Of a DNA stretch of 53,687 nt, positions 44,103 to 53,334 are shown piece after piece. The notes beneath the pieces were generated by a model, which worked only from the letters and a program-made list of their open reading frames with translations, had not been told where the DNA came from and did not search any database. This stretch comes from Candidatus Margulisiibacteriota bacterium (lineage in GTDB: Bacteria; Margulisbacteria; WOR-1; XYC2-FULL-46-14), in the NCBI GenBank assembly GCA_042563095.1, contig JBHPMS010000003.1:1-53687 (forward strand), in the 5' to 3' direction. The position numbers were made by a program, and so were the translations under genes. Within the stretch, counting starts at the first letter, position 1, and each line of letters starts with the position of its first letter.

Positions 44103-44356
44103 AGGCCATCAGAAAGTATTGCACATGGTGCTGTTTTGGCCAACGAAAGGAAATTCGACTTTGCCCTATTGAAGATTGTTCGCTTTGGCATTTTCGGATG
44201 AAAAGAGGGCGACCAAGATTAAGGCTACTGCGTACTAAATGTCTTGATTGTTCTGGTAGAAAAAAGAAAGCAATACGACAATGTCCTTTTAACGGGTTGG
44301 AGAAAGATAAGTGCCCGATTTACGACCGCAGGATGGGCCAAAGGCCAAGGAGATGA
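44090..44356 (+). CDS. Small Cys-rich (Zn-binding) protein typical of mobile elements
   Basis: Two repeats of the AIRKYCTWC...CPIEDC / LRTKCLDC...CPF...KC motif. Confidence 0.65.
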   Translation: MSALKAIRKYCTWCCFGQRKEIRLCPIEDCSLWHFRMKRGRPRLRLLRTKCLDCSGRKKKAIRQCPFNGLEKDKCPIYDRRMGQRPRR

Positions 44357-44359
44357 AAT

Positions 44360-44581
44360 ATGACAAGAAGAAATGAAAACACTGGGAAACTAATTGATTA
44401 TTCGACTAGGTACTACGAGTGCATGGGATGTGGACAGCGGTGGATAGCAGCCCTTAAGGAAAAAAGAAAGCCTTTAATGATGTGCCCTAAGGGTTGCAGG
44501 CGGAGTAACTTACATAGAAACGGTTTATTGAATTTTCTTGATGAGGCTAAGCCGATTAAAAGCGAGGGCGGCCAAGATTGA
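44360..44581 (+). CDS. Small Zn-ribbon protein
   Basis: CMGC...CPKGC. Confidence 0.5.
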   Translation: MTRRNENTGKLIDYSTRYYECMGCGQRWIAALKEKRKPLMMCPKGCRRSNLHRNGLLNFLDEAKPIKSEGGQD

Positions 44582-44820
44582 GTACTTTCTGGAAAAACAG
44601 CCGTTTTCAAAGGGGAAAAATTTGAGAGTCATTGAAATGACCCCCTGCCCCTTATTAAAGCTGTCCCATAAAAAAACAGGCTCTCTGATGAATGGATTTT
44701 CTCAATGAACCGATTCTGGCAGGAATCTGTGACCCATAATACCGATGGCACCGAACTGCCAACCTTTTTCTGCAATCATCTAACTTTGTCCTTACCCAAT
44801 ACTTTACATTTTTCTATAAT

Positions 44821-44941
44821 TTTACTTTACCCTTTTTATATTTTACCTTTTTTTTATTTATTTTACCTTTTTTTATTTATTTTAACCTTTTTCTTTAGTT
44901 ACCCTTTTAAGTATTAAATATGATTATTAATAAAGGGTAAC
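44821..44941. repeat. Iteron-like AT-rich repeats (candidate replication origin)
   Basis: T(T/A)ACC(C)TTT cores with ACC at 44829, 44845, 44865, 44885 and 44901, plus an inverted copy TAAAGGGTAA at 44931-44940. Confidence 0.55.
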
Positions 44942-45024
44942 TAATAGTCAAATATTAGGCATACTTATGCCAAAAATGAGGTATACTTAAAATAGGGTGA
45001 TTAGCTTTTAGGAGGTCTTATCAG

Positions 45025-46449
45025 GTGGATATTTCAGTATCAGATGAGTTAGTGATCCCAGAGGATTATCAGTCGGTTGTGAAAAACATTGAGGCTGCAA
45101 GGAAGGCTAACCCGCCAAAAATAGAAATCCCGAAGAGTATAAAGAAAGTGGCAGCTCGCGATAAGAGACCAAATTATATAGCCGTTTTTGATGGTTTGGT
45201 TGATCTGGTATTGGATCAAGGACGCCCAGTTTTTTTAGTGAAAGAGGGAGGAGCATTAGAGCTGAAAGAAGAGGTTCAAATAAATGGCAAATTATATTAT
45301 CCTCCGCCTTTGGAAAAGATACTTTGGACAGTTCCAAGGGCTTCAGAAGTAGTCAAGCATTATGAATGTTATAGCAGGATATCTGAAGAACAAAGAAATA
45401 AAGAAATTTATCAGGAACTGAAAGAACATCACAGAAATATTTCAGAACTTCCAAGCGAAGCCCATTACGATCTCTTGGCTTCATGGGTCTTGCACACCTA
45501 CTTAATGGAAAGGTTTAATTATTCACCGATTTTATGTTTTTATGCGGTAGCCGAGCGAGGAAAAAGCAGAACAGGTAAGGGAATAAGTTATGTGGCATAT
45601 AGAGGGGTGCATTTACTTTCAGTCAGGGAGCATGAGATTTTTAGATTGGCACAACATTCTAACGCTTCACTTTTCTTAGATTGTATGGACATTTGGAAAA
45701 AAACGGAACGGGCAGGGTCAGAAGATGTAATACTCGGCCGTTTTGAGCGAGGAGCAAAAATAACCCGCATACTTCATCCTGACAGGGGAGCATTCAACGA
45801 TACAACCATCTATTACCCTTTTGGTCCGACAATAATTGCAACAAATGTTGAACCGCATAAAATTCTCGGGACAAGGGCAGTATCCATTAACATGCCGGAC
45901 AGCTCTAAAAAATTTAATAACGAGGTTAAAGAGGATTTGTTTTTACCGTTAAGGGAGCGTTTGACCGCCTTTAGGGCATTGAACCTTGATAAAGAGTTTG
46001 AGGTGATCGATAAGCCTGCGGATGGCAGATTGGGAGACATTCTTAAACCATTGTTCCTAATTATTCGATGGATTAGTCCCGAGAGAGAAAAAGACTTTCA
46101 TAATTTGATTAAAAGCATTCATCAAAAAAAGTTAATACTAAAAGCCGAAACCATTGAAGGACAAATACTATGTGTGGTCAGGGATTTACAAGACGTAGTT
46201 AATAAAGGCAGGGTAGCTGTTTCAGATATTACGAATAGGTTTAATGCGGACAAGTCAGAGCGGTCAAAAATTGATGTTAGGACGATTGGCAGGAAATTGG
46301 ATTCGTTGGGTTTTGACAAATTGAGCACCGGGAAAGGGACTTCTGCTATTTACTGGGATGAAGATAAGATTAACAAACTATTAGACTCGTATGGCTTGCC
46401 AAAAACCCAAGAAACCCAAGAAACCCCTGCAAAACAGGGGGGGGGGTAA
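45025..46449 (+). CDS. Putative replication protein with degenerate P-loop (DUF3631-like)
   Basis: LLASWVLHTY, AVAERGKSR, LFLDCMD, FGPTIIATN, winged-helix-like C-terminus, ETQETQETP tail. Confidence 0.55.
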   Translation: MDISVSDELVIPEDYQSVVKNIEAARKANPPKIEIPKSIKKVAARDKRPNYIAVFDGLVDLVLDQGRPVFLVKEGGALELKEEVQINGKLYYPPPLEKILWTVPRASEVVKHYECYSRISEEQRNKEIYQELKEHHRNISELPSEAHYDLLASWVLHTYLMERFNYSPILCFYAVAERGKSRTGKGISYVAYRGVHLLSVREHEIFRLAQHSNASLFLDCMDIWKKTERAGSEDVILGRFERGAKITRILHPDRGAFNDTTIYYPFGPTIIATNVEPHKILGTRAVSINMPDSSKKFNNEVKEDLFLPLRERLTAFRALNLDKEFEVIDKPADGRLGDILKPLFLIIRWISPEREKDFHNLIKSIHQKKLILKAETIEGQILCVVRDLQDVVNKGRVAVSDITNRFNADKSERSKIDVRTIGRKLDSLGFDKLSTGKGTSAIYWDEDKINKLLDSYGLPKTQETQETPAKQGGG

Positions 46450-46572
46450 CTGGGGTTTCTGGGGTATAGGGCGTTATAGTAAGGGGGGGCTGACACCTAA
46501 TACTCCTAATGATGATCTTGTGTGGTAAATGGCTGAAAAATAGAATTAGCAAATATAAGGAGGTAAAAGGTA

Positions 46573-47205
46573 ATGGAACAAAAAGTAGCACTGTACTGCC
46601 GCGTTAGTAGTAAGAAAAATCAACAGACAGAGCAGCAATTATCCGAATTACATAAATATTGTCGGTCTTCAGGATTTGACCAAGTTACAGAATATGTTGA
46701 TGAGGGGGTATCAGCATTTAAGAAGCTAAGGCCAGAGTTTACTAAATTAAAGAGTGATATTCGTAAGAGGAAAATAAACGTGGTAGTAATCTGGAAGTTA
46801 GATCGATTATCCCGGAGCCTAATTGAGTTAGTTACAACAATGGAGTTTTTTAGGGAATATGGTGTGAAGTTTGTTTCTTATAGCCAGCCCCTGGATACTT
46901 CTACCTCTACTGGAAAATTACTGTTTCACGTATTTAGCATGATTGCAGAGTTTGAGAGAAGCCTAATATCAGAAAGAACAAAGTTAAAACTAGCTTTATT
47001 AAAGGAGAAAGGAGTAAAGCTAGGGAGGCCAATTAAAACCGATGCAAAGGCTGTTTGCAACCTATTAGAGGAAGGTTTAACGAAAAGCCAGGTGGCTGCC
47101 CAACTTGGATGTAGTCGTATCACGGTATATCGGGCTTATAAGGCGTTTCAAAAAGGGTACCAAAAAACCCCTCATGAAAAAGCCGAATTACAGGGGGTTT
47201 CATAA
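46573..47205 (+). CDS. Small serine recombinase (resolvase/invertase)
   Basis: YCRVSS, KLDRLSRS, AEFERSLISERT, GRP, C-terminal HTH. Confidence 0.93.
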   Translation: MEQKVALYCRVSSKKNQQTEQQLSELHKYCRSSGFDQVTEYVDEGVSAFKKLRPEFTKLKSDIRKRKINVVVIWKLDRLSRSLIELVTTMEFFREYGVKFVSYSQPLDTSTSTGKLLFHVFSMIAEFERSLISERTKLKLALLKEKGVKLGRPIKTDAKAVCNLLEEGLTKSQVAAQLGCSRITVYRAYKAFQKGYQKTPHEKAELQGVS

Positions 47206-47340
47206 ATGGACGTTTATGAAACTACTAAAGATATTTCAGGGCTATAAAAAATAATGGTTGGTATTATGATAAAAATTCTTGGTTTTGTTTATAGGTTAAA
47301 GCAAACATTAATCAATTTGATGTAGCTAGGAGGTGAAAAA

Positions 47341-47643
47341 ATGGAAGAACCAGAGATAATATTTTCCTATACGTTGCAGGATGCAATTGATGACGGCGTA
47401 TTGGCAGAGGTCTTAAAGCATAGATGGCCAGAGCTAACAGGTGGAAAACCCTTAGTGGCTTCTGCAAAGATAATGAATCAGATCTCATTGGCTGGGATAA
47501 TTGAAATCTGGAATGAGTTTGTCCGATGGAGAGAAACTAATCCGGAAGATAAAACATTCTACAAGACTAAAATGAACGAACAGGAGGTATGGCTGATCGA
47601 AGACGGCCAAGCGTTGACCGTTATGTATCCATCCGATTATTAA
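47341..47643 (+). CDS. Hypothetical protein of a type seen in mobile elements
   Basis: FSYTLQDAIDDGVL...TVMYPSDY; GGAGG RBS. Confidence 0.65.
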   Translation: MEEPEIIFSYTLQDAIDDGVLAEVLKHRWPELTGGKPLVASAKIMNQISLAGIIEIWNEFVRWRETNPEDKTFYKTKMNEQEVWLIEDGQALTVMYPSDY

Positions 47644-47663
47644 AAAGGGAGGTGAAAAAAAAG

Positions 47664-47987
47664 ATGAAAAAGGTAATTTTAACTGGAAGGCTGGCGGCAG
47701 ATCCAATAGTTGGGTACACGAAAGAGAATGCGCCAGTTTGCAGTTTTGGTTTATCCGTTATGAGAAAGCCGGACAATAAAAAGATCGTAATGCGCTGTAC
47801 TGCTTTTGGTGGACTGGCTAAAGTTTGCGGCGAATATCTAGAAAAGGGCAGATTGGTGGCGATAGAAGGAAAATTGCAGGAGAAAAAGTGTGCAAAGAAA
47901 GCAAGACAGAAAAGCTCTCAGATTGAAATTGTGATTGAAAATCTTCAAATGCTGGACAGTAAGTTTTTTAAACAGAATAAAATATAG
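47664..47987 (+). CDS. ssb: Single-stranded DNA-binding protein lacking the acidic tail
   Basis: KVILTGRLAADP, LEKGRLVAIEGKLQ; start moved to ATG 47664 behind GGAGGTG. Confidence 0.85.
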   Translation: MKKVILTGRLAADPIVGYTKENAPVCSFGLSVMRKPDNKKIVMRCTAFGGLAKVCGEYLEKGRLVAIEGKLQEKKCAKKARQKSSQIEIVIENLQMLDSKFFKQNKI

Positions 47988-48131
47988 TATTTAATATTTT
48001 TATAATGGGAAGTCATGAAACTAGGTAATAAGACATGAAAACACTATTCATTGCTAATTTACTGTCGCACCAAAGTATTAATGTTACATTACAAAAGCAG
48101 GTGAATCATCGGCACGCAGGGGCGGTTTTTT

Positions 48132-49049
48132 CTAAAATTTGTAATTCAAAGCAAGAAGATAGGAGTTGCCTAACTCCTCATATGGAAGGTAGGCAAAATC
48201 AATTCTTAAGTTTTTACTGGGGTAAATGCCGCAACCCGCCCCGCAATTGCCGCCCGCTGAAAATTCGGACCGCGTATTATAGCCAAAATTAAAATAGAAA
48301 AGATCAATCTCATTATATTCAACGCCGATGTGATAAATCGGGATTTTCCCCGCTGTCATTTCCATATCAAGCGCGATCGTCGAAGTTACGTTCTGAAAAT
48401 CGAAGGCAAAATTAAGAACATCCTTGGTATAAGCCGTGCCAATGGTCAGGTTTTGAATCGGGCTGGAAAAGGAACTCATGAAATTTTTAGAGGAAACACC
48501 AAAAGCAATGTGCTCAGGTAGTTTTGGATGGGTAAAGTGAATCCCCGCGTCCAGAGAATAGTCGCTGCTAGTTGTATCATAAAGGGTTTCAGAAAAATAG
48601 TTTAAAACCAAGCCCGTGGAAACATATTTATTTATATTTATCGCATAACCGAGATTGAGCTGATCCGCGGTCGGTTGGAAGGTGTTCCCTGTCCCGGTTG
48701 GTTCAGATGTGGTTGTTTCAGTAAATACCCCGTACGATAAATGTTTTACCGCGCAGGCCCAGGAGGAAGATGAATTTACTTTATTCGTGTAAATCATGCT
48801 TCCCTGATAAATATCCTGAAGCCAGATCGTTTGGGTGAGGTAAAGCTGGCTGTTTTTAAGTTTCGCGATACCGGCCGGATTCCAGAACATTGTACTCGGG
48901 TCATCCGCAATCGCGACAAAAGTCCCAGCCATAGCCATCGGCCTTATTCCAAAAGGAATTTTTAGGAAAGCGTATTTTTCGGTTCCGGCTGCGTAAACTG
49001 CCGTGCTAAAGAGCAGGTAAAGCAGTATATAACAAAATATTTTCTTCAT
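48132..49049 (-). CDS. PorV/PorQ-family outer-membrane protein
   Basis: AFLKIPFGIRPMAMAGTFVAIADDPSTMFWNPAG; RIDFAY...LNYKF end. Confidence 0.8.
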   Translation of the reverse strand: MKKIFCYILLYLLFSTAVYAAGTEKYAFLKIPFGIRPMAMAGTFVAIADDPSTMFWNPAGIAKLKNSQLYLTQTIWLQDIYQGSMIYTNKVNSSSSWACAVKHLSYGVFTETTTSEPTGTGNTFQPTADQLNLGYAININKYVSTGLVLNYFSETLYDTTSSDYSLDAGIHFTHPKLPEHIAFGVSSKNFMSSFSSPIQNLTIGTAYTKDVLNFAFDFQNVTSTIALDMEMTAGKIPIYHIGVEYNEIDLFYFNFGYNTRSEFSAGGNCGAGCGIYPSKNLRIDFAYLPYEELGNSYLLALNYKF

Positions 49050-51679
49050 TGTATAATAATAAATTTCCCGGTCTTTTTGTAACTGGTTCCTTTTATCAAA
49101 TAAAAGTACACTCCTTCAACGCAAAGACTGCCGCCGTCATTTTTGCAGTCCCAGTTTAATTGCTGTGAAGAAGATGGATTGGTTAATGAACGCACCTGTT
49201 CACCGAGCAGTGTATATATTCTTATCACCTCGTCTCCGGAAAGGCCGATAAAATTTATGCCGGTTCCGGAACTGCTCCGGTAAGGCAGGGGATAAACAAA
49301 AATCGCGGAGGTCTGGCTTGTAATTGAAAAAGCTTCTGATTCGGCCTCGCTGATATTTCCGGCTAAATCTTCAGCGCAGAGTTTAATTTTGCATTTTGAG
49401 GAATTAACTTCGGGTACAGTCCAGCTGTATGACCCGCTATTTGATAAATCTGAAGCGATCAGAGTATAAGTCACACCGTTATCAGTTGAGTAATAAAGAG
49501 TAATCGGAGCGGTCGCCAGTCCCGCCTCTGAATCGCTGGCAGAATAGCTGATTGCGGCGGTGCTTCCCTTAAAAAACACTTTCCCTCCCAGGGTGGAGGT
49601 AATTGATGTGGTTGGAGAAGTTGAATCGGACAGGACACTTATTGACCCTGATTCGGCGGTAGCAAGGGTTCCGACTAAATCAACTGCAGTAATTTTTATT
49701 TTACAGGAATTTTCAGCAAGGTCTGGAACAGTCCAAGTATAGCTTCCGGTATTGGATTGGCTCGCGGCGATTGACGAATAATTAGCGCCGTCATCAACGC
49801 TGTAGTAAAGCGAGATAGGATTCGCGGCCAAGCCGACCGTGCCGCCGGAAGCCGAATAGCTGATTATGCTATTCCCATTTCGATAAATATCTGATCCAGT
49901 GGCGGGAGCAAAAAGAGAAACCGATAAACTTGACCCGCCTCCCATAGAAGCATAGACATCCGCCCGTCCGTAGCCGTATACGTTATCATAGCCGGATGAA
50001 CCAAGATCAACTGCGTTATTTAAAAGCAGATTTTTTACCTGGGTGTTGGTTAAACTTGTATTAGAACTCCAAATTAAGGCGGCCAGCGCCGCGACATGCG
50101 GTGCGGCGGCCGATGTTCCAGGGAATGGTGACACAAAGCCACCGTTGCCAGTTACAGTAATATTATCAATTCCGCAAATATCCGGTTTCTGGCGAAGCTC
50201 GTAAGAGGGGAAATCAATTCTTACTGGTCCTTGAGATGAATAGTTTTCAATCGCAGTAGGGAAAGAATGATCAATTGCTCCAACTGCGATTGCATTTTTT
50301 GCGGCTTGACTGCCGAAAACACTTCCGGCAGCAGAAGAATATTCATCGAAATCTGTACCAGAAATAAATAATTTTAATTGTTTATCATTTCCGGAATATT
50401 TTTTTACAACTAGGTAAGCATATCCTCCTGCACCATAATTTGTATAACTAATCATTTCTGTTGGATCATCAATCCCGTTTTGGATATTAACGGATGAAGA
50501 ATATTTGTAACTACCCGAGCTGTCAGTTAAATAGAGATCATAATCATTCCCTGAAGCTCCAAATTGGTCATTCCACTGTAAAAAAACCGTTACGGAAGAA
50601 TATGCTGGTATCCATATTCTATTATTCCAATCACCTGAACCAAAATTGTGAACAGTAGATGAATATCCTCCAATAGAATGAATCGTTCCAGAAAATACTC
50701 CTTCATAATATTCGTTATCAGCAAAATTCCCAGCCGCATTGAAATATAGCTTACCTTTATTGAATATAGAATCTTTTTTATTGTTTAGAGATCCATCTTC
50801 AAACATAGGTTCATCAAAAAAAGCTAAATCATCCACAATAATATTGCAGTTATAAGTTTCATCAAGTATTTGTATTGCATTTCGCATTTCTGCGGAAGTA
50901 TTGCAGTTTGAAAAAGCCAAGGATGCTCCCGGAGCAAGATCATGCACAATTTCCATCATAGCCAAACCTTCGGCATCATAAACACCGTTAAATATGTTTA
51001 GGTTCCCATCTGAACGCGCAGAGAGCGCTTCATAACTTAAAGGGATATCTCCAGAAGCTTGAGACGCGCTTATTCCATATATTCCAGTAGAAATCACGCC
51101 AACTTTAATCCCTGCGCCGGTATGGCCAAGATCAGAACGGACTGTGTCGGAGCGATGAATAGTGTCGCCTTCTGAAGTCACGCTTCCGGTTTGCGGAATC
51201 GCGTAGCCCGGAAGCCTAATATTTCTTACATAACTCTTTTTTGCCAGCTCTTCAACTTTGTCATAAGGTATCCATGCCTGGATTAAAGACATCGGTTCGG
51301 AAATTAAATCAACTTTACCTCCAAGACTAATAATATCCTGCGCAAGCTGTTCTTTATTAGAAGTATATTCGACATATAATTGGATTCTTCCGGAGGAATC
51401 AGTCTTCTGGAATTGATTGGAATATTTTACCGCGCTGGCTTGTACTGCCCCTCCCGCTTCTGGAGATATTTGTTCCGATAAAAATAAAACCGAGGTTCCA
51501 ATCTTTTTTTGCTGTTCGTTCAGCTTTTCTTTTTGCAGTTTTGCGAATATTTGCTGGCTTTTCTGGAATTCTGGTGAGGATGTGGAGAGAGCATCAAGAG
51601 AAAAGGCGGGGTTAATACCAAGAAGCAGAATTAGCCACAAAACACTTGCAAATAATATAAGAAAATATCGTTTTTTCAA
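49046..51679 (-). CDS. S8 subtilase-like protein with two Ig-like repeats and a T9SS-CTD-like C-terminus
   Basis: Signal peptide, pro-domain, NAAGN, GTSAAAPHVAA; two YYSxDxGxxY...GSYxWTVP repeats; FVYPLPY...IYTLLGEQV...WDCKN...GVYFYLI...GKFIIIQ. TTG start 51679 is preferred because the track ATG (51697) overlaps the -10 box. Confidence 0.8.
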   Translation of the reverse strand: MKKRYFLILFASVLWLILLLGINPAFSLDALSTSSPEFQKSQQIFAKLQKEKLNEQQKKIGTSVLFLSEQISPEAGGAVQASAVKYSNQFQKTDSSGRIQLYVEYTSNKEQLAQDIISLGGKVDLISEPMSLIQAWIPYDKVEELAKKSYVRNIRLPGYAIPQTGSVTSEGDTIHRSDTVRSDLGHTGAGIKVGVISTGIYGISASQASGDIPLSYEALSARSDGNLNIFNGVYDAEGLAMMEIVHDLAPGASLAFSNCNTSAEMRNAIQILDETYNCNIIVDDLAFFDEPMFEDGSLNNKKDSIFNKGKLYFNAAGNFADNEYYEGVFSGTIHSIGGYSSTVHNFGSGDWNNRIWIPAYSSVTVFLQWNDQFGASGNDYDLYLTDSSGSYKYSSSVNIQNGIDDPTEMISYTNYGAGGYAYLVVKKYSGNDKQLKLFISGTDFDEYSSAAGSVFGSQAAKNAIAVGAIDHSFPTAIENYSSQGPVRIDFPSYELRQKPDICGIDNITVTGNGGFVSPFPGTSAAAPHVAALAALIWSSNTSLTNTQVKNLLLNNAVDLGSSGYDNVYGYGRADVYASMGGGSSLSVSLFAPATGSDIYRNGNSIISYSASGGTVGLAANPISLYYSVDDGANYSSIAASQSNTGSYTWTVPDLAENSCKIKITAVDLVGTLATAESGSISVLSDSTSPTTSITSTLGGKVFFKGSTAAISYSASDSEAGLATAPITLYYSTDNGVTYTLIASDLSNSGSYSWTVPEVNSSKCKIKLCAEDLAGNISEAESEAFSITSQTSAIFVYPLPYRSSSGTGINFIGLSGDEVIRIYTLLGEQVRSLTNPSSSQQLNWDCKNDGGSLCVEGVYFYLIKGTSYKKTGKFIIIQ

Positions 51680-51688
51680 GGCAAATTT

Positions 51689-51717
51689 AGCATACATGTT
51701 GTATTTCGTATTGTCAA
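51689..51717 (-). promoter_or_regulatory. Sigma70 promoter for the subtilase-PorV pair
   Basis: TTGACA-17 bp-TATGCT. Confidence 0.65.
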
Positions 51718-51928
51718 TATCTTGTATTAAATTGTCGCACCAAATAATATGTTGTTTAGTATTATTAAAACGTTACACGTCTTATTGGGGGCAAGCCGAA
51801 ATAGAGATATTATGACCTCTTATGTAAAAAACAAAAGAGTGCTTGCTTACAACAACTGAGCTTGTATATTGAAAAAGTACAATGCAGCAATAATTTGTTT
51901 ATTCGGAATATTACAAAAAGGTATAACC

Positions 51929-52699
51929 TTATTTGTTTACATTATATTTTAACACATCAATGATCACATCAATGTCCTGTTTTTGATGTACAGGGTATCC
52001 GGTCCATTTTTGTGATTCGTCATAAGTGTAGATCATGAAGTGCTTTCTTCGTGGTGCAAAATATGAAAAAACTCTGCCTGAAATTTTAAGTGAAAGATCA
52101 TATTTTGTCGGTTCTATCAGGATGTTTTCAGTATCCCATTTTTTAATGTCTTCGAGAAGATTTGACATTAAGGTTCTTATCTTAGGATCGGTAATATAAT
52201 TTAATTTGTCGTCAATATTATAAGCTTTAACAATTTCAGGCACTGTGGGAATGCTGATCTCTGAAAAAACTATTGAGATTTCTTTTGGATTATCATCAAA
52301 GGCAATACATTTATACATAAAAAGTGAAATAGGTATATCTATCCATTTACATCTATTGATAAGAGCTTGAGAAAAGCTGGGGGCGATTAAAAAGAGACGG
52401 CTGTCTTGATTGGGGTCAATTTCATGTTTTTTATAAACCCTTGCAACACCTTCAACATTTTTGTTGGTATAGTCATAATAATCAATTCCCTGAAACAGCA
52501 TTGAATCGTCCTCGACTACTTTTAATTCCGCTACAACCAGAGCATGTCCGCTGTCAACCATAAGAAGGTCTAAAGGACCCCTGTCGGTTGATCTCTGGTG
52601 GTCTATATACTGCAAGCCGTCCTCAATCAGGTCTGTACCCTGTCTTATCAGGTCTTCTAATTGTTTTTCCGAAACTTCAACAGAATTGTATTTTTTCAT
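51929..52699 (-). CDS. NucS/EndoMS-like PD-(D/E)xK nuclease with extra C-terminal domain
   Basis: SEKQLEDLI, GPLDLLMVD...VVAELK...QGIDY; start moved to ATG 52699 behind GGAGAGG. Confidence 0.7.
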   Translation of the reverse strand: MKKYNSVEVSEKQLEDLIRQGTDLIEDGLQYIDHQRSTDRGPLDLLMVDSGHALVVAELKVVEDDSMLFQGIDYYDYTNKNVEGVARVYKKHEIDPNQDSRLFLIAPSFSQALINRCKWIDIPISLFMYKCIAFDDNPKEISIVFSEISIPTVPEIVKAYNIDDKLNYITDPKIRTLMSNLLEDIKKWDTENILIEPTKYDLSLKISGRVFSYFAPRRKHFMIYTYDESQKWTGYPVHQKQDIDVIIDVLKYNVNK

Positions 52700-52718
52700 A
52701 GTATCCTCTCCCCCCTTA

Positions 52719-52755
52719 CTAATCATTAAAGTGATTAGGGGTTGTCAGCTGACAA
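52719..52755. promoter_or_regulatory. Two operator-like inverted repeats between the nuclease and XRE genes
   Basis: CTAATCA-N6-TGATTAG (52719-52738) and perfect palindrome TTGTCAGCTGACAA (52742-52755). Confidence 0.6.
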
Positions 52756-52789
52756 TACATAAATTCAAGCGTACTGCTAATATTTTACT

Positions 52790-53026
52790 ATGTCAAGCGA
52801 CAACGAAGCTTTAAAGTATAGCAATATTGATCTGGGCAAACATATAACTAAATTGAGGAAAACCATTGGATATAGTATGTATCGGCTATCATTGGAAAGC
52901 GGGATAAGCAATAGTGTTTTAATGAGAATTGAAAAGGGAGAAAGAGAACCCAAAATAAACACGCTATTGAAGGTTATTGCAGGCCTAAATATTACCCCAT
53001 CAAAGTTTTTTGAAAAGTTTAATTGA
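52790..53026 (+). CDS. XRE-family HTH regulator (controller-protein-like)
   Basis: LGKHITKLRK...LSLESGIS...RIEKGEREPKINTLLKV. Confidence 0.88.
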   Translation: MSSDNEALKYSNIDLGKHITKLRKTIGYSMYRLSLESGISNSVLMRIEKGEREPKINTLLKVIAGLNITPSKFFEKFN

Positions 53027-53059
53027 ATTCTTTATTCCTGCCAAAACTTTACAACTTTC

Positions 53060-53317
53060 TTGTCGAAGGTTATAATAGTCAGTAGACACATAAAGGCTAG
53101 AATGAAGAAGAGTAAGAAAAAAAACAAAGAAAGCCATATTTATTCCTGTTCCGCCTGCGGCAGTAGTTCATTTATTCAGGAAGGCACTGCAAATTTCAAA
53201 GAAAAGGTCTCAATCTCTATTGGTAAGTCCGGCATGGTTGTTGAAGGTGGGGATCCCGTGCTGGACAATGTTGATTCAACAATTAAATGTGCTAAGTGTG
53301 GGGTTGAGGCGGTGTAG
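53060..53317 (+). CDS. Small Zn-ribbon protein
   Basis: CSAC...CAKC; true start may be ATG 53102. Confidence 0.5.
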   Translation: MSKVIIVSRHIKARMKKSKKKNKESHIYSCSACGSSSFIQEGTANFKEKVSISIGKSGMVVEGGDPVLDNVDSTIKCAKCGVEAV

Positions 53318-53334
53318 CTCCATAATATTATTTT

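Noticed and set aside
47589-47663. N-terminal extension of SSB given in the ORF track
   Set aside because: It overlaps the upstream gene; homology and the RBS begin at ATG 47664.
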